Source of the DNA: an uncultured Alphaproteobacteria bacterium
GTDB taxonomy: Bacteria > Pseudomonadota > Alphaproteobacteria > Rhizobiales > Xanthobacteraceae
DNA length: 64,000 nt
Direction of reading: 5' to 3'
Assembly: GCA_963778455.1 (NCBI GenBank)
Contig: CAVZUL010000008.1
Coordinates: 315,371 to 379,370 of the forward strand
Shown here: in pieces, positions 30,662 to 40,986 of the stretch
Numbering within the stretch: the stretch's first letter is position 1
Layout: each line of letters starts with the position of its first letter
Notes under the pieces: model-generated
What the model was told of the DNA's origin: nothing
Database searches by the model: none
The model's input: only the letters and a program-made list of their open reading frames with translations
Position numbers and translations under genes: made by a program

Positions 30662-30835
30662 ATGGCTGACAATAACGCGCCGAAAGCGGGCATCGGGATC
30701 ATCCTTGGCGGGATTTTGGTGCTGTCGGCGGCCTTTTTTATCCTGACCGGCGGAGATTTGGGCGGAAAGAAGACAGTCCAGAGCGACCGCGACCTTCCAC
30801 CGGTCACCTCGCCGACGGGGAACCCGGTCAAATGA
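30662..30835 (+). CDS. possible small membrane protein (57 aa)
   Basis: An in-frame ATG inside ORF 30305..30835 gives MADNNAPKAGIGIILGGILVLSAAFFILTGGDLGG..., with one clear TM helix. I see no strong SD. Confidence 0.35.
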   Translation: MADNNAPKAGIGIILGGILVLSAAFFILTGGDLGGKKTVQSDRDLPPVTSPTGNPVK

Positions 30836-30837
30836 CG

Positions 30838-31281
30838 TCACGCCGGGATCGTCGGCACCTGTAGCCAGGCCCCTGCCGCCTGCTCGACGACGTCAAACGT
30901 ATCGCTGAACTCGCGGAATTCGACGATTTTGCCATCCCGAACGCGGATGAAATTGATCAACCGCATGCTGAGGGTCCGCCCGGTCGCACGCTGTACGAAT
31001 GCGGCTTGCGAAAGCACCGAGGCACGATTGCCTTCGACGATCATGATCTCCTGATCGTGGCGCTTGAGTTCGTAGTGCTTGCCGATCGATGCGAGCACAT
31101 CCATGACCTGCGCCTTGCCGCGACGCGGGCCTTCGAACGGAAAGACGCGCGCCGGACCATAGATGCACCAGTCGATGTCGTCGTCGATCAAGGCCGCGAC
31201 CCTTTCGGCGTTTCCCTTACGGTAGGCCTGGTAAAGGTCTTTCAGGATCTCGCGCGTTTGGGTCGTTTGAGCGTCGGTCAC
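30838..31281 (-). CDS. SnoaL/NTF2-like fold protein
   Basis: The 147-aa ORF contains LYQAYRKGNAERVAALIDDDIDW...RVRDGKIVEFREF, typical of NTF2-like small proteins. Confidence 0.65.
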   Translation of the reverse strand: MTDAQTTQTREILKDLYQAYRKGNAERVAALIDDDIDWCIYGPARVFPFEGPRRGKAQVMDVLASIGKHYELKRHDQEIMIVEGNRASVLSQAAFVQRATGRTLSMRLINFIRVRDGKIVEFREFSDTFDVVEQAAGAWLQVPTIPA

Positions 31282-31347
31282 GGCAGCCCTCCGTTCGCCG
31301 ATGGACCTTCCAAGTCAACGCCTCATTTCCCGCGCTGTCCACGGCCC

Positions 31348-31653
31348 CTATGGCTTTCGGTGCACAAGCAGGGCTGCGGCGATCGCATCCCATTCGGCCT
31401 CCAGTGTGCCCTTGGCAACCGGCTTGCCGGCGGTCCGATACCAGTAGCTGGCATTCGGCAGATCGCCTTCGACGCGGTGCAGATAGGCATGCACCCAGGC
31501 GGCCTCTGTGCCCTCTTCCTCCATGACGATCTTGTGCGCCTTGTCCCAGTCGCCCTTCGCGGCCCACCAGAGTGCCTGCACGGGGCGCGCACCATGGCGC
31601 GGTGGCGCCGGCTTTCCGACCGAGGCTTTGAATTCCGCGAGGGTCACCACCAC
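31348..31653 (-). CDS. conserved-looking hypothetical protein (101 aa) overlapping the gatA stop
   Basis: ORF 31348..31653 starts 10 nt inside the 3' end of gatA. It is helical and Trp-rich ([39 protein letters not shown]). I recognise no motif. Confidence 0.5.
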   Translation of the reverse strand: MVVTLAEFKASVGKPAPPRHGARPVQALWWAAKGDWDKAHKIVMEEEGTEAAWVHAYLHRVEGDLPNASYWYRTAGKPVAKGTLEAEWDAIAAALLVHRKP

Positions 31654-33149
31654 TTCTCCGGCGCGAAATGTCCCGCCGCATCCTCGAGTCTTTGCCCGAG
31701 CGCGAACAATGTTTCCTCGTCGAACGGTTTGCCGATCAGTTGCAGTCCGAGCGGCAATCCTTGCGCGTCCAGCCCCGCCGGCACCGCGATGCCCGGCAGG
31801 CCCGCCATGTTCACCGTCACGGTGAAGATATCATTGAGATACATTTCGACCGGGTCAGAACCCTTCTCGCCGATGGCGAACGCCGCCGACGGCGTCGCGG
31901 GCGTCAGCATCGCGTCGATGCCGGCGTTGAAGCACGCCTCGAAGTCGCGCTTGATCAAGGTGCGGACTTTCTGCGCGCGGATGTAGTAGGCGTCGTAGTA
32001 GCCGGCCGAGAGCACGTAAGTGCCGATCATCACGCGCCGCCGCACCTCCTTGCCGAAGCCTTGCGCGCGCGTGCCTTCATACATGCCGATGATGTCGCGG
32101 CCGGGCACGCGCAGCCCGTAGCGCACGCCGTCGTAGCGCGCCAGATTCGACGAGGCCTCAGCCGGCGCCACGATGTAGTAGGCCGGAAGCGCGTATTTGG
32201 TGTGCGGCAGCGAGACATTGACCATTTCGGCGCCCGCATCCTTCAGCCACTCGATACCCTGGCTCCACAGCGTCTCGATTTCGCCCGGCATGCCGTCGAG
32301 GCGATACTCTTTCGGGATGCCGATGCGCATACCCTTCACGGCGCGCCCGAGCGCGGCCTCGTAGTCGGGCACCGCAATATCGACCGACGTCGTGTCCTTC
32401 GGGTCGTGCCCCGCCATCGAGCGCATCAGCAGTGCGGCATCCTGCACGGTGCGCGCGATCGGTCCCGCCTGATCGAGCGAGGAGGCGAACGCCACGATCC
32501 CCCAGCGCGAACAGCGCCCGTAGGTCGGCTTCAGCCCGACCGTTCCGGTGAACGCCGCGGGCTGGCGGATCGAGCCGCCGGTATCGGTCGCGGTCGCGCC
32601 GAGACAAAGCCGTGCCGCGACCGCGGCGGCCGAGCCGCCGGACGAGCCGCCGGGCACCAGATGCGCGCCTTCGATCTGCCCGCCCGTTCCCGCTCCGACA
32701 TTCGAGCCCTTCCGCCGCCACGGGTTGACCACAGGACCGAAACACGAGGTCTCGTTCGACGAGCCCATCGCAAACTCGTCATTGTTGAGCTTGCCCAGCA
32801 TAACAGCGCCGTCGCGCCAGAGGTTTGCCGAAACGGTCGACTCATAAGTTGGCGTGAACCCGTCGAGGATGCGAGAGCCTGCGGTGGTTCGCACATCCTT
32901 GGTGCAGAACAGATCCTTGATGCCGAGCGGAATGCCTTCGAGCGGCCCGCCCTCGCCCTTGGCGAGCCGCGCGTCAGATGCCCGCGCCATCGCGCGCGCA
33001 TGGTCGGGCGTCTCCTTCACGAATGCATTGAGCGCGCGCGCGGCCTCGACCGCGCCGATGTGCGCGTCGGTCAGCTCGAGGGCGGTGATGTCCTTGTTGC
33101 GCAGACGGTCGCGCGCTTGCGCGAGCGTGAGCGAGGTCAAATCAGTCAT
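31644..33149 (-). CDS. gatA: Asp-tRNA(Asn)/Glu-tRNA(Gln) amidotransferase subunit A
   Basis: The 501-aa ORF carries the amidase signature [13 protein letters not shown]...[14 protein letters not shown]. Confidence 0.92.
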   Translation of the reverse strand: MTDLTSLTLAQARDRLRNKDITALELTDAHIGAVEAARALNAFVKETPDHARAMARASDARLAKGEGGPLEGIPLGIKDLFCTKDVRTTAGSRILDGFTPTYESTVSANLWRDGAVMLGKLNNDEFAMGSSNETSCFGPVVNPWRRKGSNVGAGTGGQIEGAHLVPGGSSGGSAAAVAARLCLGATATDTGGSIRQPAAFTGTVGLKPTYGRCSRWGIVAFASSLDQAGPIARTVQDAALLMRSMAGHDPKDTTSVDIAVPDYEAALGRAVKGMRIGIPKEYRLDGMPGEIETLWSQGIEWLKDAGAEMVNVSLPHTKYALPAYYIVAPAEASSNLARYDGVRYGLRVPGRDIIGMYEGTRAQGFGKEVRRRVMIGTYVLSAGYYDAYYIRAQKVRTLIKRDFEACFNAGIDAMLTPATPSAAFAIGEKGSDPVEMYLNDIFTVTVNMAGLPGIAVPAGLDAQGLPLGLQLIGKPFDEETLFALGQRLEDAAGHFAPEKWW

Positions 33150-33379
33150 TCAGGCGCATCGCACACGAAATTGTTCTTCGGCTCAGGCTTCTTCGGCGCG
33201 ACCTGCCGGATCAGGACGGTGCCGTCCGGTTGTTCCTCACGAACCAGTTCGCCCGGCTGCGGCAAGCCCATCGCGCGCAGGTCCTCGGCCGTGTGGCCGG
33301 CGGGCATTTGCCCGGTGGAAATGATGTCCACCAGCGCCCAGACGCGCTCCCGCTCCGCTTCCTGGCACGCCCAGCACAT
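33146..33379 (-). CDS. hypothetical small protein (77 aa) overlapping the gatA start
   Basis: An internal ATG at 33379 in ORF 33146..33463 gives [40 protein letters not shown].... Its stop overlaps the gatA ATG (ATGA). The upstream part of the listed ORF is repeat-derived. Confidence 0.45.
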   Translation of the reverse strand: MCWACQEAERERVWALVDIISTGQMPAGHTAEDLRAMGLPQPGELVREEQPDGTVLIRQVAPKKPEPKNNFVCDAPE

Positions 33380-33394
33380 GGGTCTATCCTCTCG

Positions 33395-33513
33395 GTCATT
33401 CCCGGGCGCGAGCGTAGCTCGCGAGCCGGGAATCCATAACCACAAATGAAGCGAAATTCGCACCAGTCGGGGTTATGGATTCCGGGCCCGCGCGTCGCGC
33501 GTCCCGGAATGAC
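33395..33513. repeat. inverted pair of REP-like units, family 2 (gtcattcccggg...gaatccataacc)
   Basis: The left unit is 33395..33441 and the right unit, 33471..33513, is its near-perfect reverse complement. Each unit has its own internal hairpin (cccgggcgcgagc-gta-gctcgcgagccggg). The pair lies between gatC and the small ORF. Confidence 0.8.
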
Positions 33514-33536
33514 GCGGAGAATACCGCGCGTGATGC

Positions 33537-33824
33537 TCATTCCACCACCTTCGGCACGAGAAAAAAATGATCTTGCGACGCCGGCGCGTTCTTCACGATG
33601 TCGTCGGCGATGCCGCCGTCGGTCACGATATCCTCGCGCTTCTTCATCGCCATCGGGGTCACCGAGGTCATCGGCTCCACGCCCTGAACATCCACTTCCT
33701 GAAGCTGCTCGACGAACGCCAGAATGCCGTTGAGCTCATCCTTGAGATGCTCGACTTCGTCGTCCTTCACCGCGATGCGCGCGAGGTGTGCGATGCGGCG
33801 GACGGTGGCGCTGTCGACGGACAT
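33537..33824 (-). CDS. gatC: Asp-tRNA(Asn)/Glu-tRNA(Gln) amidotransferase subunit C
   Basis: The 95-aa ORF reads [52 protein letters not shown], a canonical GatC sequence. Confidence 0.9.
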   Translation of the reverse strand: MSVDSATVRRIAHLARIAVKDDEVEHLKDELNGILAFVEQLQEVDVQGVEPMTSVTPMAMKKREDIVTDGGIADDIVKNAPASQDHFFLVPKVVE

Positions 33825-33991
33825 GAGAACCTCGTTTCAGGCGAGGGAATTAGCAGAGCCGGCGGCTTGGCGCCACCGGACAAGCGGCCCGCTTGCGCCC
33901 CCGCATTGAGACCCTTGCGCCCTCGCCGCCCCTGCCCGGTTGTTCCGCCAGCCAGCGCCCCAATATAAGGACGATAACCAAAGGCCTCGCC

Positions 33992-34865
33992 ATGGACGCC
34001 CCCAACCCCTCCGCCACCGTCACGTATGCCAACCGCACGCCGTTGCGCATCGGCGCGGTCGGCCTGAAGGCGCGCGACCTGTCGCGCCTCACCGATTACT
34101 ACAATCAGGCGATCGGCCTGGACGTCATCGACCGCGATGCCAAGACCGCGCGGCTCGGCGCGGGCGGCGTGACGCTGCTCGAACTCGAAGCTGCGCCGAA
34201 CGCGACGCCGGACGATCCGCGCACCGCCGGTCTCTACCACACGGCATTCCTGCAGCCGACGCGCGCCGATCTGGCGCGCTGGCTGGTGCATGCGGCGCGC
34301 AACCGCGTGCAGCTTACCGGCGCGTCTGATCATCTGGTGAGCGAGGCGATCTATCTGGACGATGCCGGAGGGCAACGGGATCGAGGTCTACCGCGACCGT
34401 ATGCCGGAGGAGTGGCGCTGGAACGGCGACCGCATCCAGATGGCAACCGATCGGCTCGATCTCGACAATCTCGCGGCCGACGCCGGCAACGCGGCCTACG
34501 CGGGCGCGCCCGAGGCCTTGCGCATCGGCCACATCCATCTGCGCGTGGGCGATCTCGATGCGACGCGGAAATTCTACTCCGACGTGATCGGACTCGATCC
34601 GACTGCGGGCCGCGGCGGCGCGCTGTTCATGTCGTCCGGGCGCTATCATCATCATGTCGGCAGCAACACCTGGCATTCGGCCGGCGCCGGGAAGCGCGAC
34701 GATGATCGCGCGGGCCTTTCGTGGTTTGCGATCGAAGCGGCGGATCGGGGAGAACGCCAGGCTGTGATCGCGCGCCTGAAAGCCGCGAATGTTCCGCTCG
34801 CCGGTTCCGCAAAGGAGCCGGAAGCACGCGATCCTTATGGAACGAGGGTACGGTTTCGGACGTAG
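33992..34865 (+). pseudogene. VOC-family (glyoxalase / extradiol dioxygenase-like) protein, frameshift near 34360
   Basis: The N-terminal half (MDAPNPSATVTYANRTPLRIGAVGLKARDL...SEAIYLDD) is in ORF 33893..34705. The C-terminal half (EGNGIEVYRDR...IGHIHLRVGDLDATRKFY...) is in ORF 34362..34865. They are separated by a +1 shift. Confidence 0.8.
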
Positions 34866-34913
34866 TAATCACGAGCGAGCGGGCACGTCCTCCGGAGAAG
34901 AAGGAGGCGTTCG

Positions 34914-35090
34914 ATGGAACGGCTGTTTTTCGTCTGTCCCACCACGCGGCGCACCGTCGACGTCGGCGTTGTCACCGAAATCGGAACCCTGCTGCGGATC
35001 AAATCCGAAAAGGTGCGCGCGCCCTGTCCGGCTTGCGGAAAAATGCACGAATGGACTGTCCGTGAGGCCGTTCTGCCGCAGGCGGCTTAA
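34914..35090 (+). CDS. small zinc-ribbon-like protein (58 aa)
   Basis: Not in the ORF track because it is under 60 aa. AGGAGG lies 6 nt upstream of the ATG. The translation is MERLFFVCPTTRRTVDVGVVTEIGTLLRIKSEKVRAPCPACGKMHEWTVREAVLPQAA, with a CP...CPxC arrangement. Confidence 0.6.
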   Translation: MERLFFVCPTTRRTVDVGVVTEIGTLLRIKSEKVRAPCPACGKMHEWTVREAVLPQAA

Positions 35091-35103
35091 CTTGCGTGAG
35101 GAA

Positions 35104-35343
35104 TTAGCGCGAGAGTTTTGTCATCGCGGCCGCGGCGCCGAACACGGTGAGCATCACCAGCGCCAGCACGCCGCCGATCACGACCGGCACCGAATCGCTC
35201 GTGCGCGAGGGAACCAGCGTCAGGGCCTGCGTGCGCCGCCGCGCCGAAAAGCTGCCGACCGGCAACGCCGCAATCGCATCACGTGCACGCTCGATCTCGG
35301 CGATATCGCGCATGAGCTGATCTTCGGGCACTGCTTGCCCCAT
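35104..35343 (-). CDS. hypothetical C-terminally membrane-anchored protein
   Basis: MGQAVPEDQLMRDIAEIERARDAIAALP...VVIGGVLALVMLTVFGAAAAMT lies in ORF 35104..35433. It may extend upstream to about 35462 (MEQERSEQFEWVNAWAQSAKVD in ORF 35220..35558) if there is another frameshift near 35395. Confidence 0.4.
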   Translation of the reverse strand: MGQAVPEDQLMRDIAEIERARDAIAALPVGSFSARRRTQALTLVPSRTSDSVPVVIGGVLALVMLTVFGAAAAMTKLSR

Positions 35344-35526
35344 CGGTGCGATGACAGGAGGCGGCGCGCGGCGCGACAGGTTCGGCCACAGGGCGCGTCG
35401 ACCTTGGCGGACTGCGCCCAGGCATTCACCCACTCGAACTGCTCGCTGCGCTCCTGCTCCATGACACTGACTTCCAGGTTGCCGGAACAGCGCATGGTTA
35501 TGTGAAACCGCGACCTCGCGCGACGT

Positions 35527-36290
35527 TTATCCTTTGTAAACCTTAATTGCCCCGTCACCCTGAGGTGCGCGCAGCGCCTCGAAGGGCGTCACACCGTGAA
35601 CGCCGTCTCCCTTCTCGGGCACGATCACCTTGGTGGTCTGTCCCTTCATCTCGGCGACGAACTTGTCGGCATTCGGCTCGATGATCGGGAACGAGCCGTA
35701 ATGGCACGGGATCACGGCCTCGCACTTGAGGAAACGCTTCACCGCGAGCGCCGCCGTCTCGGGACTCATGGTGAACCGGTCGCCGATCGGCACCATGGCG
35801 ACCTTCGGCTGGTGGATCTCGGCGATGAGCGCCATGTCGGAGAAGATGTCGGTGTCGCCCAGTGCCAGACGGTCGGCTCGCCGCTTCGCCTTGACGATCA
35901 CGCCGCACGGATTGCCGAGATAGATCGGCATGCCGTCCTTGATGTCGCCGGAGGAATGATCGGCGCGCACCATGGTCACCGTGAAGCCGCCGAGGTCGGT
36001 CGTGCCGCCGGTGTTCATCGGGTTCGATTTTCTCCAGGCCCTTGGCCGCGAGCCACATGCACAGATCGTAGTTGGTGGTGACCGTCGCGCCGTTCTGCTT
36101 GGCGATGTCGAGCGCGTCGCCGACATGATCGCCGTGGCCATGCGTCAGCACGATGTGTTTCACGCCCTGGATCGCCGTCGCCCGGATCGGACACGAAGGC
36201 CGGATTGCCGGTGAAGAACGGATCGATCAGCACCGCGTTGCCGCCGAAGTCGAGCCGGAACGCCGAATGGCCATACCAGGTGATCTGCAT
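35527..36290 (-). pseudogene. metallo-beta-lactamase-fold hydrolase (UPF0173-like), two frameshifts (near 36185 and 36015)
   Basis: [32 protein letters not shown] is the tail of ORF 36015..37277. [19 protein letters not shown]...[10 protein letters not shown] is in ORF 35555..36163. [23 protein letters not shown]...IPCHYGSFP is in ORF 35527..36141. Confidence 0.8.
35552..35590. repeat. REP-like unit, family 4 (gtcaccctgaggtgcg...gcctcgaaggg)
   Basis: The sequence ccgtcaccctgaggtgcgcgcagcgcctcgaagggcgtc is the same unit as at 55723 and 55784. It lies inside the last codons of the MBL-fold gene. Confidence 0.7.
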
Positions 36291-36371
36291 GGTTGATGTC
36301 CCTCGTGGGCTTGGAGTGATCGCCAGCATAGTCGCGGGCATTCTCCGGATCAATGTGCTAGCCATTCTGCC

Positions 36372-36858
36372 ATGCCGGTCCTGCCGCTCGTCGAGATCGC
36401 TCCCCTGCTGCCCGCGCGCGGCGCGCTGATCGGGCTCGATCTCGGCACCAAGACGATCGGCGTCGCGGCGAGCGATCCGGACCGGCGGCTCGCGGCCGGC
36501 GTGACCACGGTCACGCGCAAGGCCTTCACGGCCGATGCCACCGCCGTGCTCGCGCTCGCCGCCGAGCGCCGCGCGGCCGGCTTCGTGCTCGGCCTGCCGA
36601 TCAACATGGACGGCTCGCGAAGGCCCGCGCGCGCAGTCGACCCGCGCGTTCGCGCGCAATTTCGCGAAGCTGACCGAGTTGCCGATCGGACTGTGGGACG
36701 AGCGGCTCTCCACCGCGGCGGTCGAGCGCGGCCTGATCGACGCCGACATGAGCCGCGCGCGGCGCGCCGAGGTGATCGACCAGCACGCCGCGGCCTTCAT
36801 CCTGCAGGGCGCGCTCGACCGGCTGGCGCGGCTTGCTCCGATGCCGAGCGCGCCATGA
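36372..36858 (+). pseudogene. ruvX: Holliday-junction-resolvase-like nuclease YqgF/RuvX, frameshift near 36617
   Basis: [18 protein letters not shown]...[13 protein letters not shown] is in ORF 36372... [37 protein letters not shown]...[14 protein letters not shown] is in ORF 36535..36858. They are separated by a +1 shift. Confidence 0.85.
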
Positions 36859-37782
36859 TCGCCGTCGTCGCAGCGCTGCTCCCGGTCTTCCTGCTGATCG
36901 TCGCGGGCTTCCTGCTGCGCCGCTTGCTGATCGCCGAGGATACCCACTGGGTCGGTATGGAGCGCCTGCTCTATTATGTGATGTTCCCTGCCCTGCTGGT
37001 CGAATCGCTGTCGCGCGCCGATCTCTCCAAGGTGCCGGTGTTCGCGGTCGGCGGCACGCTGCTCGCGGCCGTGCTGCTGATGGCCGCGCTGTGCCTCGCG
37101 CTGCGGCCCGTTGCTCGCGCGGCATCTCGGCGCCGACGGCCCGACCTTCACCTCGCTGTTCCAGGGTGCGACGCGCTGGCAGACCTTCGTGGCGCTGGCG
37201 GTCGCCGGCAATCTGTTCGGCGATCTCGGCCTCGCGCTCGCGTCGGTCGCCATGGTGGCGATGATCCCGGTGCTCAATGCGATGAGCGTATGGGTGCTGG
37301 TGCGCTACGCCTCGCCGGCAAGCCCGACTGGCGCGCCGTGATGCTCACGATCGTGCAGAACCCGCTCATCTGGGCCTGCTTCGTCGGGCTCGCGCTCAAT
37401 CCGGTGTCGCGGCTGGATCCCGCAGCCGGTCCACGTCTTCGTCGACGCGCTCGGCCGCTCTTCGCTGGCGCTCGGCCTGCTGATCGTCGGCGCCGGCCTG
37501 CGCATCGGCGAGCTGATCCGCCCGAACGCCGTGATCGGCTGTCACGTGCTTGCTCAAGCTGTCGTGATGCCGGCGATCGCGATCGCCATCGGGCACGCCT
37601 GCGGGCTTTCCGGAACGAACCTCGCGGTCGTCGCGTGCTGCACGTCGGTGCCGGCCTCGTCGAACTCCTATGTGCTGGCGCGCCAGATGGGCGGCGACGC
37701 GCCGCTGATGGCGCAGATCCTCACCTTCGAGACCGTGCTCGCGGCATCACGATGCCGGTCGTGCTCGAGTCTTGTCTCGTAG
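36855..37782 (+). pseudogene. AEC (auxin efflux carrier) family transporter, at least 4 frameshifts
   Basis: The ATG at 36855 overlaps the ruvX stop (ATGA). The pieces are [23 protein letters not shown]... (frame of ORF 36372), [30 protein letters not shown]... (37111..37341), KPDWRAVMLTIVQNPLIWACFVGLALNP (first frame again), and IPQPVHVFVDALG...VPASSNSYVLARQMGGD... (frame of 37531..37782). The end is uncertain (37782 or 37835). Confidence 0.7.
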
Positions 37783-37784
37783 AC

Positions 37785-37816
37785 GCGAAAAAGGGCGGGT
37801 CTTGCGACCCGCCCTT
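37785..37816 (-). terminator. rho-independent terminator for the minus-strand small gene
   Basis: The hairpin is aagggcgggtc-ttgc-gacccgccctt. On the minus strand it is followed by tttttcg. Confidence 0.8.
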
Positions 37817-37840
37817 ATCCCTCAACATCGCGTGATCGCG

Positions 37841-38186
37841 CTAGTACCCGCCTCCCTGGCTGCAGGCCACGCGACGGTAGCCTTCCTCGCAGTAGCTGCT
37901 GCCGTAGCCCCACCTTGGGTAGACCGGCGCATAGGCATACGGCGCGTGTCATAGGCATACGGCGTCGCGTAGACCGGCTCGTCGTAGTAGTAGCCGCCAG
38001 TAATACGGACGCGACGCGACCGCGGCACCGATCAGCGCGCCGGCCGCAACACCGGCCGCGATGCCGGGGCCCCAACCCCAATGATGATCGATGCCGGCGC
38101 CACTGCGCCTCGGCGCTCGTGGCAGTCGCGGCGGTAACTGCGAGCAGGCCGGCAAGAGCCAGCCCGGCGGTTCGAAGTTTGGTCAT
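37841..38186 (-). pseudogene. small secreted Gly/Tyr-rich protein, three frame changes
   Basis: GGAGGA precedes the ATG at 38186. MTKLRTAGLALAGLLAVTAATATSAEAQWRR is in ORF 37815..38252. IDHHWGWGPGIAAGVAAGALIGAAVASRPYYW is in 37949..38155. GGYYYDEPVYATPYAY is in 37822..38028. The last part, APVYPRWGYGSSYCEEGYRRVACSQGGGY plus stop, is in an unlisted frame. One shift coincides with a 20-nt-period direct repeat at 37930-37964. Confidence 0.6.
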
Positions 38187-38264
38187 GTTCTCCTCCATGG
38201 CGTTGCGGCCACATTCGCGGCCAATCATGAGCAGACAACGCCCGGAGGGCACCGCCGTTCCTCG

Positions 38265-39922
38265 TTATGCGGCGGGAAGCGCCCGTTCGAGCAGGTTCGC
38301 GACCTCGGTTCGCCGACAGATCGGCGGTTCCGAAGGTTCCGCCGCGCGGCGACGCGAGCCGCGTGCGCGCAAACGCTTCCGCGACTGCGGGCGCACTTTC
38401 GGTCAGCGCGGCCGCGGCCGCCAGCATGGCGAGCCGCTCGACCGCCGCGCGCGCCTTCGCCTCGCCGTCGGGCGCCGCCAGCGTCTTCGCGATGAACTCC
38501 GCGGCCTCCTTCGCGCCGGGCAGATCGCCGCAGGCGCGCACGAGATCGGCGAGCACCGCGCGCGCCGCTTCGCCCTCGCGCGAGAGCGCGCGCAGCACGT
38601 CGAGACACATCACGTTGCCGGAGCCTTCCCAGATCGCGTTCACGGGCGCCTCGCGGTAGAGCCGCGCCAGCATCGTCTCCTCGACGTAGCCGTTGCCGCC
38701 GAGGCACTCCATCGCCTCGTAGATGAAGCCGGGCGCGGTCTTGCACACCCAGTATTTCACCGCCGGCGTCAGCAGCCGCGCACGCGCCGCCTCCTTCGCG
38801 TCGCACGCCGGCAAGATCGAACGAGCGGCACAGCCGCATCATCAGCGCGGTCGCGCCCTCGACCTCGAGCGCCATGTCGGCGAGCAGCGTGCGCATCATC
38901 GGCTGGTCGGCGAGCTTCTTCTGGAACACGGTGCGGTGGCGCGCGTGATGCAGCGCCTGCGCCAGCGCCATGCGCATCATGCCGGCCGACGAGATCACGC
39001 AGTCGACGCGCGTGAGCTGCACCATCTCGATGATGGTGCGCACGCCGCGGCCCTCCTCGCCGACGCGCCACGCGAAGGCCTGCGCGAACTCGACCTCGGA
39101 CGACGCGTTCGAGCGGTTGCCGAGCTTGTCCTTCAGCCGCTGGAAGTGCAGGCCGTTGACCGAGCCGTCCGGCCGGAAGCGCGGCATCAGGAAGCAGGTC
39201 AGCCCGCCCGGCGCCTGCGCCAGCACCAGGAACGCGTCGCACATCGGCGCCGACATGAACCATTTGTGCCCGGTGATGGTGTAGCCGTCGGCGGCCGGCA
39301 TCGCGGTCGTGGTGTTGGCGCGCACGTCGGTGCCGCCCTGCTTCTCGGTCATGCCCATGCCGAGCGTGATGCCGTCCTTCTCCCACCACGGACTGAAGCG
39401 CGGGTCGTAGCGTGCGCGACGTGATCTTGCCGATCAGCTTTTGCAGGATCGCCGGCTCGACCGCGAGCGCGCCGACGCAGGCGCGCGTCATGGTGATCGG
39501 GCACATGTGCCCGTTCTCGACCTGCGCCACCATGAAGTAGCGCGCCGCGCGCGCGACCTCCGACGGCGCGCCGGCGCGCGCGTGCCGTCGGCCTTCCAGG
39601 TCGAGGCGTGCAGGCCCGCCTTCATGCTCTCGGCCATGAAGCCGTGATAGGCCGGATGAAACTCGATCACGTCGCGGCGGAAGCCCTTGGTGTCGAAGGT
39701 CTTGAGCTTCGGCGTGTTCTCGTTGGCGAGGCGCGCCGCATCGAACATCGCGGCCGTGCCCCAGTGCCGGCCGAACTCCGACAGCGCCGCCGCCTCGCCG
39801 CCCGCGCCATTCGCCGCAACCGCGTCGCGCAGCGCCCGGTCGCTCGCGAACAGATCGACGTCCTCATAGGGCGGCGACTGGTTGAAGATGTCGTGGGTGT
39901 CGAAGCGCTGCTGGACCGTCAT
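38265..39922 (-). pseudogene. AidB-like acyl-CoA dehydrogenase, at least 4 frameshifts
   Basis: The pieces lie in ORFs 39488..39922 (MTVQQRFDTHDIFNQSPPYEDVDLF...), 38769..39533 (MVAQVENGHMCPITMT...), 38225..39358 (GMTEKQGGTDVRANTT...HKWFMSAPMCDAF...) and 38032..38814 (...YWVCKTAPGFIYEAMECLGGNGYVEE...NAIWEGSGNV). A final short frame ends EVANLLERALPAA. The shifts are near 39580, 39420, 38815 and 38305. Confidence 0.8.
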
Positions 39923-40031
39923 GGCTGCTCTCCCGGAACGCGCATTTTACCACGGCGCGCCATGACCTGTGGACCTCGGCACCGGCGGCCCTTGCCCCAC
40001 CCGTCCGACTCCGCCTATAGGGGTCGCTTTA

Positions 40032-40985
40032 ATGAACATCGCCCCGAAGACCTCGTTCGTCCTCAGCCGCCGTCATCTGCTGGGGATCGAGGGGCTTTCG
40101 CCCGACGAGATCACCGGCCTGCTCGACCTCGCCGACGAATTCGTCGAGCTCAACCGCCAGATCGAGAAAAAGCGCACCTCGCTGCGCGGCCGCACGCTGA
40201 TCAACCTGTTCTTCGAGGCCTCGACCCGCACCCAGTCCTCGTTCGAGCTCGCCGGCAAGCGGCTCGGCGCCGACGTGATGAACATGGCGGTCGGCAATTC
40301 GTCGGTGAAGAAGGGCGAGACCCTGATCGACACCGCGATGACGCTCAACGCCATGCACCCGGACATCCTGGTGGTGCGGCATCACGCGTCGGGCGCGGTC
40401 GAGCTGCTGGCGCAGAAGGTCGACGGCTCGGTGATCAATGCCGGCGACGGCGCGCACGAGCATCCGACGCAGGCGCTGCTCGACGCGCTCACCATCCGCC
40501 GCAACAAGGGCCGCATCGAGCGCCTGACCGTCACGATCTGCGGCGACATCCTGCATTCGCGCGTCGCGCGCTCCAACATCATCCTGCTCAACACGCTCGG
40601 CGCGCGCGTGCGCGTGGTCGCGCCCTCGACGCTGCTGCCGCCCGGCATCGAGCGCTTCGGCGTCGAAGTCTCGCGCGACATGCGCGAGGGACTGAAAGGC
40701 GCCGACATCGTGATGATGCTGCGGCTGCAGCGCGAGCGCATGAACGGCTCGTTCGTGCCCTCGACGCAGGAGTACTTCCACTATTACGGCCTCGACCAGA
40801 AGAAGCTCGGCTACGCCAAGCCCGACGCGCTGGTGATGCATCCCGGCCCGATGAACCGCGGCGTCGAGATCGATCGCGCGGTCGCCGACGGCGCCCAGTC
40901 GCTGATCCGCGAGCAGGTCGAGATGGGCGTCGCGGTGCGCATGGCGGTGCTCGAAGCGCTCTCGCGCAATCTGCCGAACGCGTGA
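40032..40985 (+). CDS. pyrB: aspartate carbamoyltransferase catalytic subunit
   Basis: ATG 40032 lies inside ORF 39969..40985. The protein contains [25 protein letters not shown]...HPTQALLD...[11 protein letters not shown]...HPGPMNRG, canonical ATCase motifs. It is intact. Confidence 0.92.
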   Translation: MNIAPKTSFVLSRRHLLGIEGLSPDEITGLLDLADEFVELNRQIEKKRTSLRGRTLINLFFEASTRTQSSFELAGKRLGADVMNMAVGNSSVKKGETLIDTAMTLNAMHPDILVVRHHASGAVELLAQKVDGSVINAGDGAHEHPTQALLDALTIRRNKGRIERLTVTICGDILHSRVARSNIILLNTLGARVRVVAPSTLLPPGIERFGVEVSRDMREGLKGADIVMMLRLQRERMNGSFVPSTQEYFHYYGLDQKKLGYAKPDALVMHPGPMNRGVEIDRAVADGAQSLIREQVEMGVAVRMAVLEALSRNLPNA

Positions 40986-40986
40986 C

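Noticed and set aside
36015-37277. 420-aa minus-strand ORF
   Set aside because: Only its last ~30 codons ([17 protein letters not shown]...) are real, as the N-terminus of the MBL-fold gene. The rest is antisense to ruvX and the AEC transporter.
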